From NCBI RefSeq assembly GCF_009914755.1, contig NC_060930.1: a DNA stretch of 64,000 nucleotides; one strand, given 5' to 3'. Every line of letters begins with the position of its first letter. Position 1 is the stretch's first letter. This stretch comes from the human T2T-CHM13v2.0 reference genome, Homo sapiens. The notes beneath the pieces were generated by a model, which ran no database searches, had not been told where the DNA came from, and saw only the letters and a program-made list of their open reading frames with translations. Positions 11,371 to 25,537 of the stretch are shown in pieces. The position numbers and the translations under genes are program-made.

Positions 11371-13695
11371 GACAGGACATCTAGGATCTCAGATGGTATC
11401 CATGCATTTAGTTGACCTCAACCATGAAAAGAGAAATGCCAGCGTATGTGTATTTTTGAATTGCAATCTAAAGTTTTCCTTTAACTCTTAATCCCTATGG
11501 GCTGTAGTGTCTTTATTTATCTTTTATCTAAGAGAGCTTTAATACTGAACTTCAGTCTCTTAAGAGGCTTTAGATAAAATCATATATTTAATAGTCAGTA
11601 ATTAACCCATCTTTTTGGAAGCTGATTAAGAATGTCAGAAAATATAACCAAGCATTTTCAGAAAAAAAAAAAAAGTGACATGTTGAGATATAGAAGGTGT
11701 TCGTTTTACAAGTCCATCAGACACTGGATGAAGGTGTGGCCCCTGGCAGCCTGCCCTGTGCATTCAGCAAAAGAGACACTTCTACTCCCTCCTGGGGAAG
11801 GCTCCGTCCTGCCCACTCCCAGGCCATTCTGTGGCTACTCTCATGAAGGGCTATCAGTCTTCAGAGGAGGCAGGTCAGGGGAGTTGGGCCACTCTCCATC
11901 TGTGTTGGGGCAGGCTCACCAGACTTCTGCTTTCTGAGAAGCTCCTCCTCTGGGTCTGGATCCTTCCTCTCTGAGTTCCTGCCCCTCCTTCCTCTGTCAC
12001 AGCCCACCTGCCTGGAAGCTGACAGGTGCAGAGTCCTCCCCAGGTCTCTGGCTTCACACCCATCTCTCTTACTGCGTCTCTGTCTCTTCCAGCCTGGCCA
12101 GGTCCAGGTGAGTGGCTGGACCCCCACCAGAGCCAGTACTCCCTCAGAAACCACAGGTGTCTTAGCCTTAAGACAATATTTTAAAGCGACCCATAAGGAA
12201 ACTATTTTCTGAGACTTCTAAACTCTAAGACTCCATGTGTGATAGCCCTTTCCTTTTGTCTCTCTTGACACTAGTCCAGCAAAACTGTCTTCTCCCAAAC
12301 AAAACTGTGCCTGAAACCCAGAATTTAGTTATTTAGCATTTAAGTTAATTTGTCCCAAGATCATTTCAATTCACTCCATTTAATTTTCCACTTAGAAATC
12401 ACTTTTTCCATGGCTTCTGAACACCATTTACAAAAAAGAAAAAAGAAAACTCCATTTTCACAAATCATAAAGCTCCAAGGTCACAATTACCATTTTCGGA
12501 AAGTTTTTTCTCTAAAAGCAAAGATTAATTTTCACATGTTAAAACAGTTACAGTTAAGTAGTACAGACAGCTAACTGCTACAGTTAAGTAGCACCCGTCT
12601 CCTTCTCTTTTTCTTAGTGGTTTCACAAGAGACAGTGTCAATAACAGCTAATGCTATCTCTGCTGCACGCATCCCTGCACATCTGCAGCCTCGAGAGCCA
12701 TTGTCTCCGAGCGGCAAGTCGCAGACTGTCAGCAGGGACTCGAAGGAGTCCTTGGAAGATCCTGCTCTCCAACTTTATCATCCCAAGTGTCCAGATTACA
12801 CCCTCTAGTGAAACCCTAGACCAGGATGACCCAAACTTTGGGCTCTCCTCTTGTGGCTTTTTAACCCCTTTGGGGCTTCCCAGGTGACCCACCTGGTGAT
12901 ACAATACCCTACAAATCTCAAACCTTGATCTATTTTCCAGGCCACCTAACCTCCCTTCAACATCCTGGTGCCCCTTCCCAAACCTAACTGTGGTGGAAAG
13001 AGGTGTCTTTTCACCAATCCCAAGTCTAGGTTCCAGATTGATCACTATGCACAAATATATATCCTCTCTGAAGTTCAATTAAATTCCCAATTTGATTGTC
13101 CAACAAGTCAAGTCCTTTTGCTAGTAAAGTGACCACACAGGACAAGGACAGATGCCATCCATGTGTCTCAGCTTAGCATTTGGCTTTAGAAGGGCTTCCC
13201 AGCTGCCAGTGATGCTGCCCACACAAATGAGGCTCTTGCCAGATCTGAGAAGTTTAATTCTTGCTATTACACTGTCCTATTATGCTTGGGAATTTACATC
13301 AACATGCAGGAAGAATTTACCAACCTTTGCAGAAATGTGTACTAACATCTGGCTCTCTAAGTTCTTGAGTCAAACATGGGACCAATAAGCCCACACCTCC
13401 AGCTGTGGGAGAAAAGAAAGATTTGGGCTAAGTATTCCCGAACAATGTTTCTGCCTCCAGATTTCCAGTGTTCAGAAAATCCCCTTACCTATGTTTTCTC
13501 GATATGCATTTCATACATATATTTCATATATATATATGCATATATATATGAATGTGTGTAAATATGTATGATCCTATTTTCTTATCCCAAAGTTGTAACA
13601 TCTTTTCTTACCTCTCTACAACTAAGATATTAATTTTTATGTATGTATATATGTACTTGTTATATACACTTCATCTGATAAATATACATCATTGA

Positions 13696-13697
<2 letters not shown>

Positions 13698-13728
<31 letters not shown>
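13698..13728. repeat. (AT)15 microsatellite
   Basis: Direct reading. Confidence 0.95.
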
Positions 13729-13731
<3 letters not shown>

Positions 13732-13769
13732 AGTTAAAAAATATATTTTCCACCACATAGTCTCTGTTT

Positions 13770-14566
13770 CTTCCAATTTGCTTCTTTCTGTTTTTTTGGT
13801 TGCAACTCTGTTGTTCAGTTTGTAGGATTTCCTCAGTGTCCAGTAATCCTTGGCTGTCTGCATACATAAGAGCAGGGTTTTAAAAACCGATTGAAAGTTG
13901 TGAGCGAACAGTGGGGCTTGCCAACCTCGAGTTTCACTTAGGGTAGTCCAGATGGGCTTTTTAAGTGAGGGACCCTTAATTTCAGTGTCTTTAAGTCTTT
14001 ACTCTCAGTCTGGTCAGATTCTCCAGTGGAGACATTCCATTTCCTGCCTGGCTGTGAGCTTAGCTACTTCAGATTTTCAGTTTGGAAGCCTGAGTCTCAA
14101 TGGAGTCTGGGCTCCTCCATGCAGAGGCAGACTACTTACCCTTTTAAGATAATAATAAACCCTCAGTCTTTTGCTAGGGATGGGGAGAGGCACCTGCCTA
14201 GCTGTATAGAGAAAGGAATTTCAACAACTACTAAAACAGGCTTTCAATCAGTGCTCCTTATTTTAGTTCCCCTCTTTCACCCCCACTTCCAGAGGTAACT
14301 TGTACTGCCAATTCTGAGCCTTCTGAGGATTTTGTAGTTTAGGTCAAGTTATTCCTCTACTTCTAGTCTAAGAGTTTAGTTTTCTTGCATTTGTTAAGTA
14401 ATGTATCACTCAACCGTCTGGTTCTTAACTTCCAAAATTGTGCTGCTATTGTCTCCTTTCATATGCTCCCCCATTCTTGTCTGTTTAGGCCTTTAGGAGG
14501 ATTGTTTTGCTAGGATTCAGGAGGTAGTTAAAGCAGATCCATGTGTTTAATCCGCCATCTTTACCC
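13770..14566 (-). mobile_element. HAL1 (half-L1) 5' region
   Basis: ctggtcagattctcca, cacccccacttccagaggta, cttccaaaattgtgctgctattgtctcc and tgtgtttaatccgccatctttacc match recalled antisense HAL1. Confidence 0.65.
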
Positions 14567-15703
14567 ATGATAGTTCAAAGCAACATACTCATTAAGGTGG
14601 CAAATGATTGAGACAGAGACAAGTGAAGTAGTAACCACCTTTGGGTCATAATGAACCACAAAATAAATATGAATCCACCAAATGATGCTGTTGAATTAAC
14701 AGTGAAAAATGAAACTAGAATATAATTATTAAAATATCACAGGAAATTACTCTTCTGATATTTTTGCCCTTTAGGAGAGAACTATATTTAATTTTGGTTT
14801 CCACATTTAGGAGACATTTATGGAAAAGCCCTGAAATAATGGAACCAAAAGGAGATTTACAAAATAGATTGTGAAGCCTATGAGTAAAAGTTATTTAACC
14901 TGAATGCTAATATGTAACAATATGACTGATTTCCCAAGGGAAATACTCATTAACTGCTCTCTGTTTCCATAATGGGGTAGCAAAATAAAATAAATTGAAG
15001 TTATACCAAGAAAATGGATAATTAGACATTTCCATGGGCATTAGGAGGAGAAGAATTTCTGTCTTTGAAATATTTACAAATTTTGTCTGTGAAATAGAAG
15101 ATAGACATGGGCCAGATGACATGTGTGTGTTCCTTCCTTCTCTAAAATACGTAGTTTATCATCATATTAATATTAATGTCTGTATTATATTAAGGAGCCC
15201 ATTCTCCAAGGAAGCCAAGCCTTGGTCTCATTTGTTAGAGTGACTGCTGTGGCTTTGCCTTGGCAGATGGAAAATGTGTGTTTGGTTTATGCATGCTTAT
15301 ATCGGAACTCTTCAATTCCTGCCTCATTAGAAAGCATAGCCAAAAACATTTTAATTGACTGAAGATCCCTGAAAACAGAGGAAAAGCAATTAAGAATAAA
15401 GGCCTTTACAATTCATCTGGATGCTCTGAAACATATTATTGTAAATTATAGAGCATTAGGGTAGGGTTCAGAAGAGGTAATTACCCTTATGCTAAATGAC
15501 TGTTTCTGAGTGTATTTCAAAGCCAGATAATTTACAGCTAGAAGTAGTGAAAATAATTTTCTGTTTTGCTAAAAATATTAAAAACCACCAAAGTACTTCT
15601 AAACTCAATTCATATATTAAAGAGGAAAAATTAGTACTGTGAATATTTGTGTTTCGACATTGAAGGTATTTAAACAGACATGTTTCAAATTAAGAAAAAT
15701 TGT

Positions 15704-16056
<353 letters not shown>

Positions 16057-17240
16057 TCAAACTGTGATTATTGAATTTCATATTTATTGTAATGCCCCAA
16101 GTTCATAATTTGATGTAATAAAGATATTATATGTACATTCAGTATGATGATTTGTAAAACTAAAACTATATATTAATTACCTATTTGTTTTATCTATTAG
16201 TTACTAGAATAAGATATAGTAATATCAACCACACATCCCAGGTAGATAGTGAGGTAGTGATACTCGAGGGCAGGTGATTTCATATCACTCCTTGGGACCA
16301 GCATCCATTAGATCCCTGTTGGCCTCCCATTCATCCTTCAGTCTGCAGCCAGAGATTCTAGTCCTGTGCGGGTTGTGGTATATTTCCATTCTGCATGCTT
16401 TGTGACATGAGAATGTGAATGTAGGTGATTACTTTTCGGATAATGTCAGCTAATGCTCTATAGCTATTGGGGCTTTTCTCTTAATAATTCTATATGAAAA
16501 AACAATTGTTTTTCTTTCTTAACCAGTATGGGCCTACATTGTTTTTAAATGATTGTTTTAATTGAAAACTCATGGGAAAACAGATTTTCCTCAGAAGTAA
16601 TTTACTCTTTATTTAAAAATTTACATAAAATAAAAGATACATATCTGTTTAAGTATGCCTTTGCAATTCAACTAAATCAACTAAACTGAATGAAAAGACT
16701 GGAGAACATGGAAGTAACTCTTTACAAGACCTATATCATTTGGGCTTTGTGTTTTCTAACTGACGGCTATCGTTTCTACTGCGTTGTTGTCTGTCATTTG
16801 GTCTTTACTTACAAAATAAATACTAATTTCCTCAGTAAAAAAAACTTTTCTGGAAGATTTGTCTGCACCAAACCCAGACTAAAGTTTTTAAATTGAATAT
16901 TTATTTCTTACTACACAAAAGTGTCTTTGAAAAATTGTGTGTAAATTATTTTAAAATAAAACCATTTAAATTACTAAGAGATTTTTGAAGAAGTTATGCA
17001 AAAAGAAAAAGAAAAAACAATGCGATTAACTTCTTGTCATGGCAAGGATAGAGCCTCCTCAGGTTTTCTGTTTGAAATCTAGTTGTTCATATATTAGATT
17101 TTTTAAATGTGAGGTATACTAAATATAAACAAACCAAGCAATTTTAAGAAAGACTCCAGTGATAGATTGTATTTATAATGGCCTTGGAATGAGTTAATGA
17201 TTTTACCAAAATTAATTTCATATAGTAGTAAAATATTCGA

Positions 17241-17789
17241 TATGCTTTTTTTAGTTATCTGTTGCTGCATAAGAAAATACCTCCAAACTTTAGTGGCTTA
17301 AAACATTTATCTTACATTTCACATTATAAATGTTTATTATCTCACATTTTTTATGGGTCAGGGACTTGAAGTGTTGCTTAATTGTATGGATCTGGCTCAG
17401 GATCTCTAATGAAGTTGCAGTCAGGATGTCATTCAGAGCTGCAGTCATTTGAAGGCTTGACTAGGGCTGGATGATCTGCTTCCAAGTTCATGTGCGTGGC
17501 CACTGGCAGGTAGCATCAGTTCTTCCCCACATGGGCCTCTCCACAGGACTTCTTGGGTGACCTCACTCCATGTCAACTGCCTTCCTCCAATGAGTGATCT
17601 AAGAGAGAAAGCAACTAGGAAGCCACGATGTCTTTTATGACCTCATCTCTCTAGTTGCCCACTGTTAATTCAGCCTTTTTCTTTTCACTAGAAATGAAAA
17701 GTCTAGCCCCCATTCAAAACTAGGAGAATTAAACTCCAACTTTGGAAGACAGTGTCAAAGAATTCATGAATATATTTTAAATCACCACA
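17241..17789 (-). mobile_element. MLT1 (MLT1H-like) MaLR solo LTR
   Basis: ttagttatctgttgctgcataa...ttagtggcttaaaaca...gaaggcttgactagggctgga...ttttaaatcaccaca. Confidence 0.8.
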
Positions 17790-18171
17790 CATACGTTCAC
17801 AACATTCCTGGAAAGTGCCTTAAAGTTATTATGAAATCATTTTTTAATGTGAACCTAAACTCTCTCCACATGCCATTACCAGAGGTTAGATTCCATGCTA
17901 GTGTTCTGTCCACTAGATTGTTACATCTCAGAAACACTGAAAATTCTCAGACTTTCTGAGTGACACAGCTGGTCTGCATCTATACACAAACAACTTTGCA
18001 ATCGATATTATTTGTCTAATCAAAAAACTCAGCAGTCAGACCAGTTGGTAAATTAGATGTGCTTAAATTAAAAACTAAATCTTTTTGTTTGTTTGATTTC
18101 ATGTATTTTGAAATTTTTGACATAAAATATTTCTGTTCTATGATATATTATTTTTTCTTCTATACATGAAG

Positions 18172-18300
18172 AGAGGATGGCTGTATTCCTATCCCAGCTC
18201 AAGCTGCCAGCAGCAATGTTGGCTGCCCAAGCTTATGGGAGACCTGGGCCACCAGGGAAGGATGGGTTGCCTGGGCCACCAGGAGACCCTGGACCCCAAG
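18172..18300 (+). CDS. COL19A1: COL19A1 exon, 129 nt, NC2 end and COL1 start (E)RMAVFLSQLKLPAAMLAAQAYGRPGPP...GPQ(G)
   Basis: atgaag|AG AGG ATG...CAA G|gtaagt; phase 1/1 joins the preceding exon in frame. Confidence 0.94.
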
Positions 18301-18732
18301 GTAAGTCTTCAAGTGTAATATTGGCTTATTGATTTTTAACTCTCTGTATTTATAACATGTTAGTCACAGTTAAGGAAAAAAGTATGTATGTATGTCCTTT
18401 ATTTATACATTACATATATAAATATATGCAATATATAAAATGGTTTCATATGTAATCTCTTTATAATATTTGACATTCTAGAAGTAGATGTTTAACTATT
18501 ACTACTTCAAATTTAAAACCAAATGAGAGTTACCTGGTATTCTAAATGTATTGTAAAAATAATATTTATTATAACAATAACAGCAATAATGTGTGCTTAT
18601 ATATCATTATTATCTAGGAATCTTAGAATTTTTTAGGCTTCCCCTTTTGGTGTAAGTTAAGCAAGTCTCCATCATCTGAGTGTCTTAAATAAACTGGAGA
18701 AAGAGTTTTAGGTGACTCAACGACAAATAGTT

Positions 18733-18939
18733 ATTTGGTTCTAAAATATATTTTTAAGAAATTTTAGAATCTTTCTGCTTTGAATACAGCTTGTGGATGG
18801 TAACTTGAATGTTAAAGAATTTTTCACATGATTTCTAAAGTTCTTAAAACCCAACTTATATTGGCAAAGAATTTTGTTCCACTTATGACAACTTGACGAG
18901 AGACATAATCTTAAGTATAGCTTAACTAAATTAATCTGA
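18733..18939 (+). repeat. Local duplication, copy 1 (about 207 bp)
   Basis: Colinear with 20853-21063, about 80-85% identity by eye. Confidence 0.9.
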
Positions 18940-20852
18940 CAAGGCCATTTGCTAGAAATATGATTAGCAATCCAGCAAAGTGGCCAAATAGGCCCAGGCT
19001 TAGAAGAGTCAACAACTCTGAAAGGGAAATATTAAATTCAGTGAATATATATCATGAAAGATAAGACCAGGAAAACTGCTTCTTATTGTTAACCATGGAG
19101 GATCTCAGGTTCCTTCCTTGAAATAATCAAAAGCAACTTGTATAAAGAAAGAAAAGTGGAAATTAACACTAAAATTAAATAAGAATGCAGTCCAAAATAA
19201 TATATATGCAAAGAAGTGTTTTTCTGTCACCAGTTTCCTTCCTACTGCTATTCTGTAATATTGAGCCTTATTTTTTGAAGTGTCCCAAGGTGACTGATGT
19301 GCCCTTCCTCTTCTGAAAGAGCAACATCTGTTCAGTTCCCAATAGCAGTGCCTGTTAGTATATATATCTTAATATAACCTTATAACCTATGACCATGATT
19401 GCCAAGTCTTTGCGTTTAATTAGCACAATATAAAACAGGAACAGTTAAAATCTCTCTAGTTTTTTTTAAACGATACATATATTCCACCATTATCTTTAGA
19501 TTATAGTGAAGTTTGGCAGATTGATGAAGGAAAGAGAAAAGTATAGGATGAGAAGTAGCCCTCTATGTATGCACTATTGTGTAGAGGGGGCTAATTATTA
19601 TCTTTCGCTGGTTGGGTCTATTCTGAAGTCAGAGTATATGAGACTGGCATGCAGATCTCAAAAGCTTATCTGAAAATGTGTAATGCCTCAAGCCACGTGA
19701 AGAATAAGCAGCGTTAACACCAATAGGAAGAAAACTTTGGATAGATCCTTCAAACAGTGGTGGTTTGAGAAGACAAGAACAATGGAAAATTGAGATGATC
19801 AAGGAAAACAGCTCTGGAACTGGGGTCTCCTGTTCCACTCAAACACCTGGCTTCAGACACCTCACAGGTGCTGCGAAGGCCCATTTGGAAGGCTGTCAGT
19901 CAGAGGCAATTCTAAACCCACAGTGTCAGTGAAGCTTTTGGAAACAAGCCTTCTGTTCACCACTCCACTTGCCCTTCCTTTTGCAAAGGATTTCTATGGA
20001 TTTCATCTGCTCTTGTGCCTCAAAGATATTATAGACTACTTCTACTCCTGATAGGGCTTCTGGATGCAATTCTTAAACTTGGAAGATATCCCCACATGAT
20101 TTCCAGTTTTTTTGTGAACCAAGGTTTACTAAAATTGTCAAAACTTTTGTCTCCCCATTGGGTTTCTGACAACAGACATATCTTGACTACAACTTAGTAT
20201 ATGTCTCCTTAACCTTTACATAATACTTTCTTTTCAGTATTTGTTAAATTTGCCTAAAATTTAGCAAAAAATAAATAAAAATTGCAAAACATAGAATTCA
20301 TTTTTAAGGAATATGTGTTTCTTAAAAATATTTGTTTTTAAGGAATATCAGTACAGTAGGCATGCTGTACTGATAATCCTGCCTAAAGGCACAGAGAAAT
20401 CTCACTGAAAAGAAAGAAAATGAGAGGCTGCTGTTTAATTTTTGGTGCCTCTAGAGAAGTGCACAGGAAATTGAAGTGTTTTTCTCTAGTACATAAATAG
20501 GTGTGACATGCTCAGAAGATGAAGTTATACATGTAACTTATAAGCTTTGCTCTGCTCAATTTAAGTGTTTTTTTTCAAAAAGGAAAGAAAAAAATGCATT
20601 TAAAATCACCAGTGACCACGCAAACCTCGGATGCTATTGTCTGAATTAGTCCTCTTAATGACACAGCATGACTGAGTTTAAGAAAGGGTTGAAGTCAGAA
20701 ATGCAACATAGGTTGGGAAGAAAAGATGGCTTCTGAATGTGACACAGTGTGTTCTGCCACTCATTCATCCTGTCTGATGGTGGCTCCTCTGAAATTTCTA
20801 GATGAGACATTTTGTTTTGTTTTGTTTTCAGTGTTTGTCAGGAAAGAAATCC

Positions 20853-21063
20853 ATTTGGTTCTGAAATACATTTTTAAGAAATTTTAGAACCTTTCTGCTA
20901 ATAGAGCTTGTGGATGGTAACTTTTGAACTTTAAATAATTTTTCTTATGTTTTCTAAAGTTTTTAAAACCAAAAGTTGCTTATATTGGCAAAAAACTTTG
21001 TTCCACTTAGGACAATTTGACGATATATATCATCTTAAATATTGCTTAACTAAATTAATCTGA
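20853..21063 (+). repeat. Local duplication, copy 2 (about 211 bp)
   Basis: Colinear with 18733-18939. Confidence 0.9.
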
Positions 21064-21984
21064 AATGTAAAATTAAAATTAAATGGTTGGTTTGAAATGT
21101 GCACTATGGAATGAGTCCTTTATTATCTTTAGGAAAGGACAAAAGTATAAAGGGGTTTCATAAGGTTTCCTGTGCTTATTCTGAGAAGCCGGAGACGTAT
21201 AGAAAGCAGTGAGAAAATCGACGTCAGACTGTGAGAGGTACACAATTCATATTGAAAAAAGGAAGAGCCGCTCCTACCAAGATTCTGATCATGAAAGCTT
21301 GAGGATCCGCCTTCAGCACCCTGACCTTCTTAAAGTGAAAAGAAAGACCTTTTGGATTCTGAGTTGCATCACTTCATTTGCAGTTTTTCTAATGTTTCCA
21401 AAGGGGTGATTGTCGATGTCTTTTTTAAATTGAAAACATTTCCAGACAGCTTTTAGATTTTAGCCGTCCCATGGGGTTCTGAGTATTGGCTTCCTGCTGT
21501 GCCTTGAGAGAACTTTCCTTGGTGTCCATTCCCACCTGGGGCTTGCAGCACAGGGCCTCATGGCTGGTTCTCCCGGGTATGAGCTAAAATGTGCCACATC
21601 AGAATAAAAGAAACCCCAAGAAGCATGATTCAGCTGAGTTCCCCTATATAAACAGGAGAGGCAAATTTTCCTAACAGACGTTATTCTTTTGAGTGAGTTT
21701 TATGAGAAAACACTTCATTTAAACTTCTTCTCAAACACAGCTGATTCTCCATCACCTATTCCACCCGAGGAATAGATACCACACCTAAAGCCCTACTCAT
21801 TTCAGAAGGAAACTCACATGTGGGGTCAGTAGGAAAAAACAGCTACATCCATCGCATGCACCCTGCATCAGTTCCAAAAGGACAGTAGTGGGAATAGTTG
21901 TTCTTACTTGTGCACTTTTAAAGTAATTGATCATACATACTGTTTGTAGGAAGCACTTGTGATGTATAGATTTGACCTTTCAAA

Positions 21985-22185
21985 TTTAGTAGCATTAGGG
22001 GCATTTGGATATGGGAGGACATGTGTGTGTGTGTCAAAATGACTGAAGGGCACTGCTATCAATTGGTGGAGTAGAACCAGGGAGGCTAAACAACTTGTAA
22101 GGCACGAGGCAACCCCTAACCCCACCCCCACCATGCCCACCGTAAACAACTATCCCTCCTAAAATGCCAATAGCATCCATTTACT
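21985..22185 (+). mobile_element. MER20/MER20B-like relic
   Basis: ggggcatttgga...gtcaaaatgactg...gtagaaccagggaggctaaaca...aaaatgccaatagca. Confidence 0.55.
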
Positions 22186-22422
22186 GGCCTTTTTCCGGTA
22201 TGTATACAGGCGCACAGATTTACAACTTTAGAAGTAAATCTCTGGAGTCAAAACTGAAATCTTCCTACTGGAAATAAACACAGTCTACCACCTGAAAAAC
22301 TACACCAAGCACCAGGTTTCATCAATGACTAGTACCTCTAGATGCTTTCAATTAGGACACTGCTGGTGTTTTATTTGTTTTCCTACATGAGCTGCAGTTT
22401 TATCAAGCTGTCATCCTGTAGA

Positions 22423-22719
<297 letters not shown>

Positions 22720-24868
22720 CATCCTGTAGACTTATCGTATATGGAAATACATGTCTCTTTGCAGATAGACCAGCCTCTTCCAAATTTAAAGACAGGTCCA
22801 CGCTGAAGAGGTGAAAAGCTTAATTCTATAAATGGGGAAAGCTGTTATTGACCTTGTTAGCATTCCTACAAGGAGTTTTGTTATGAAGTAATGATAAAAA
22901 AGAAAAAAAACCCTACGGCTTTATGGCAGCCTTCATAATGAATGAGCTTGGGACCTTAATAGGAAATTCAAGAGTAGAAAGTACTTGTGCAATTCAGTCG
23001 CTTTATCTATTAATAACAGGTAATTATTAACCTAATGAACTGAGAAATTTGTACATGGAAATTGTTACATTTGACAGGAGAAGGGTAAATGTTACCTTAT
23101 GCAAATACACGAATCACAGTTTCTTAATTTGTAATACCACATGAACCGAAATGCATGCAGAATAATATATTTCTGCATTATATTGCAAATCTGAGAGCTG
23201 AACTTAAATGAAATCGCTAAGTTTTAGCCAATATATTCTTCATTTGGAATTGCGTTACACTCTTGTTAATCCTCTTATTAATCAAAAGTTCATGTATCTT
23301 CAGTTATTATTCTTCCTCATATTTTTAGCCTGTAATCTTAAGTACTTACCGAGATAGCTGAGGATCAACTTTATAACTTTTCTGTAATAGTGGGACCTGA
23401 GTTAAACTATCAAATATACCTCAGGAAATAAATATTATTTTACTCCAGAAATGTTTAAGTAATGGATTTGGGAGGGTGGTTTCAAATGACCCTAAGTATA
23501 TACATTTTTTTCCTGCTGTTCACATACGTTAAATGAAAGTCACCTATATCAAAGAAATCCTGGAAACATTTTAAATTTCAATATAGATCAACTATGGTTA
23601 TTATGTCACATGTCAAAGCCACTGTTCTCTCTAGGGTCTAGGATTGTACTGAATATCTTTAACACAATTTTCAAATATAAATATGTGAAGGTTTCCTGCT
23701 GGTGGGTGTATTTCTACTATATACTTCAAAATATTTTTAACATATATTCTTTTTTCCACTAGTTTCACATTTATGATCAGGTCTTACATAAAAAGCAAAT
23801 AAATACCTGTGTGGTGATTACATTGCCAATGTTGTTCAGATAATAATGTGTACATTGTATGACCTAGTCAAAGTGAAAATGATAACCCCTGCTATCTAAA
23901 AACTGCTATCTAATTCTCAACAATAATGGGAAATAATTGATCATACATACTGTTCATAGGGAGCATTACATTTTCTCCTCCTGCCATGTTCTACTGTAAC
24001 AGCACACCTTTATGAAAAGGCACAACTAAATCACAGCCTACTGTTTCCTACTGAGATGCTCTCCTACTGATATCTTTGCTGTGTGTCCACATGAGTCTGC
24101 ATGGCTGCTCTGTCCATTTAGGACAAGGAGTGATCTTTAAGGGGCTGTTTAAGTATGAAAAAGTTGGAAATAAAAACTCTATTTGCCATCACTGTGAAAC
24201 TCTTACAGCATGGAACCTTTTATTCAAACAAAGTATTACATGGGTGCCAATATATAAAATGCAGATAAAAATGCTTTATGCTTTTTATAAGCAGGGATAA
24301 TGACTTCCAGAGACACAAATTTCTCTGTACTCTTGTAGCTCAGCCAATAGCAAGCATATTAGATAGTAAGAATAATTTTGTTTTAAAATATAGACAGATC
24401 TTAGACCTAATTCATTTTGGTTAAAATATCTTAAGTTGATGAAGTACATTTGGGAGACTGTCAGTCTCCTCTCTTGTTTCCTAGCTTTGCTGAAGCTCCT
24501 TTGGAGTTATACACTGCCATGTTCAAACATGGGGTGGATGTTTAAACGTTACTTAGAGAAGATATAATGTTTATAGTTGATCATTTGAACACAGACCTGA
24601 CTTTTTAGATGAGTTAACCCACATATACTCATGCTCTTGCTATCATTTATTAGAATCTTGAATTATTTGTTCCTTTCATTTCCTTTAATTCTTGGAATAA
24701 GATCCGTATTCCTATTATATTATCTTGTTCTCATTTTAAGCAAGACTCTTTCCATATACTTCTTTCATTTAGCCTATACCTTGCCTTCAATCAGAATTCC
24801 TACTGAAGAGGGCTCACACAGCTTGTCATAGCTATTTGCAAGATTGATTTATTTAGGTGTCATTTTCA

Positions 24869-25213
<345 letters not shown>

Positions 25214-25459
25214 AGTTTGACTAGTTGGAACTTTTTATAGTAATTGCATGTTTTTTAAGATCCTCATTGCCCTATTATACCCAATCTGTTTGATATGTAA
25301 GTTTAATATGTGGTTAATGCAAAACAGTTAGCTAATATACTATTTATTTTAAGCAAATGTATCACATAATTATCACAGACTCAGAAAATGGTTCTTCTCT
25401 GTGCTGTGTTGCCATAGAACCCTTTTTGTGTGTCTCTTTTTTATATATTTCTCACTTAG

Positions 25460-25537
25460 GCTACAGAGGACAGAAGGGAGAAAGAGGTGAACCTGGAATT
25501 GGGCTGCCAGGGAGTCCAGGTCTTCCTGGGACTTCAG
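25460..25537 (+). CDS. COL19A1: COL19A1 penultimate exon, 78 nt, (G)YRGQKGERGEPGIGLPGSPGLPGTS(A)
   Basis: acttag|GC TAC...TCA G|gtaagt; phase 1/1; contains the FACIT G-X-G imperfection. Confidence 0.96.

Noticed and set aside
12617-13388. 146-aa minus-strand ORF 12638-13078 and neighbouring ORFs
   Set aside because: No recognisable domain, non-ATG or weak starts, no exon structure; may be an old repeat I could not identify
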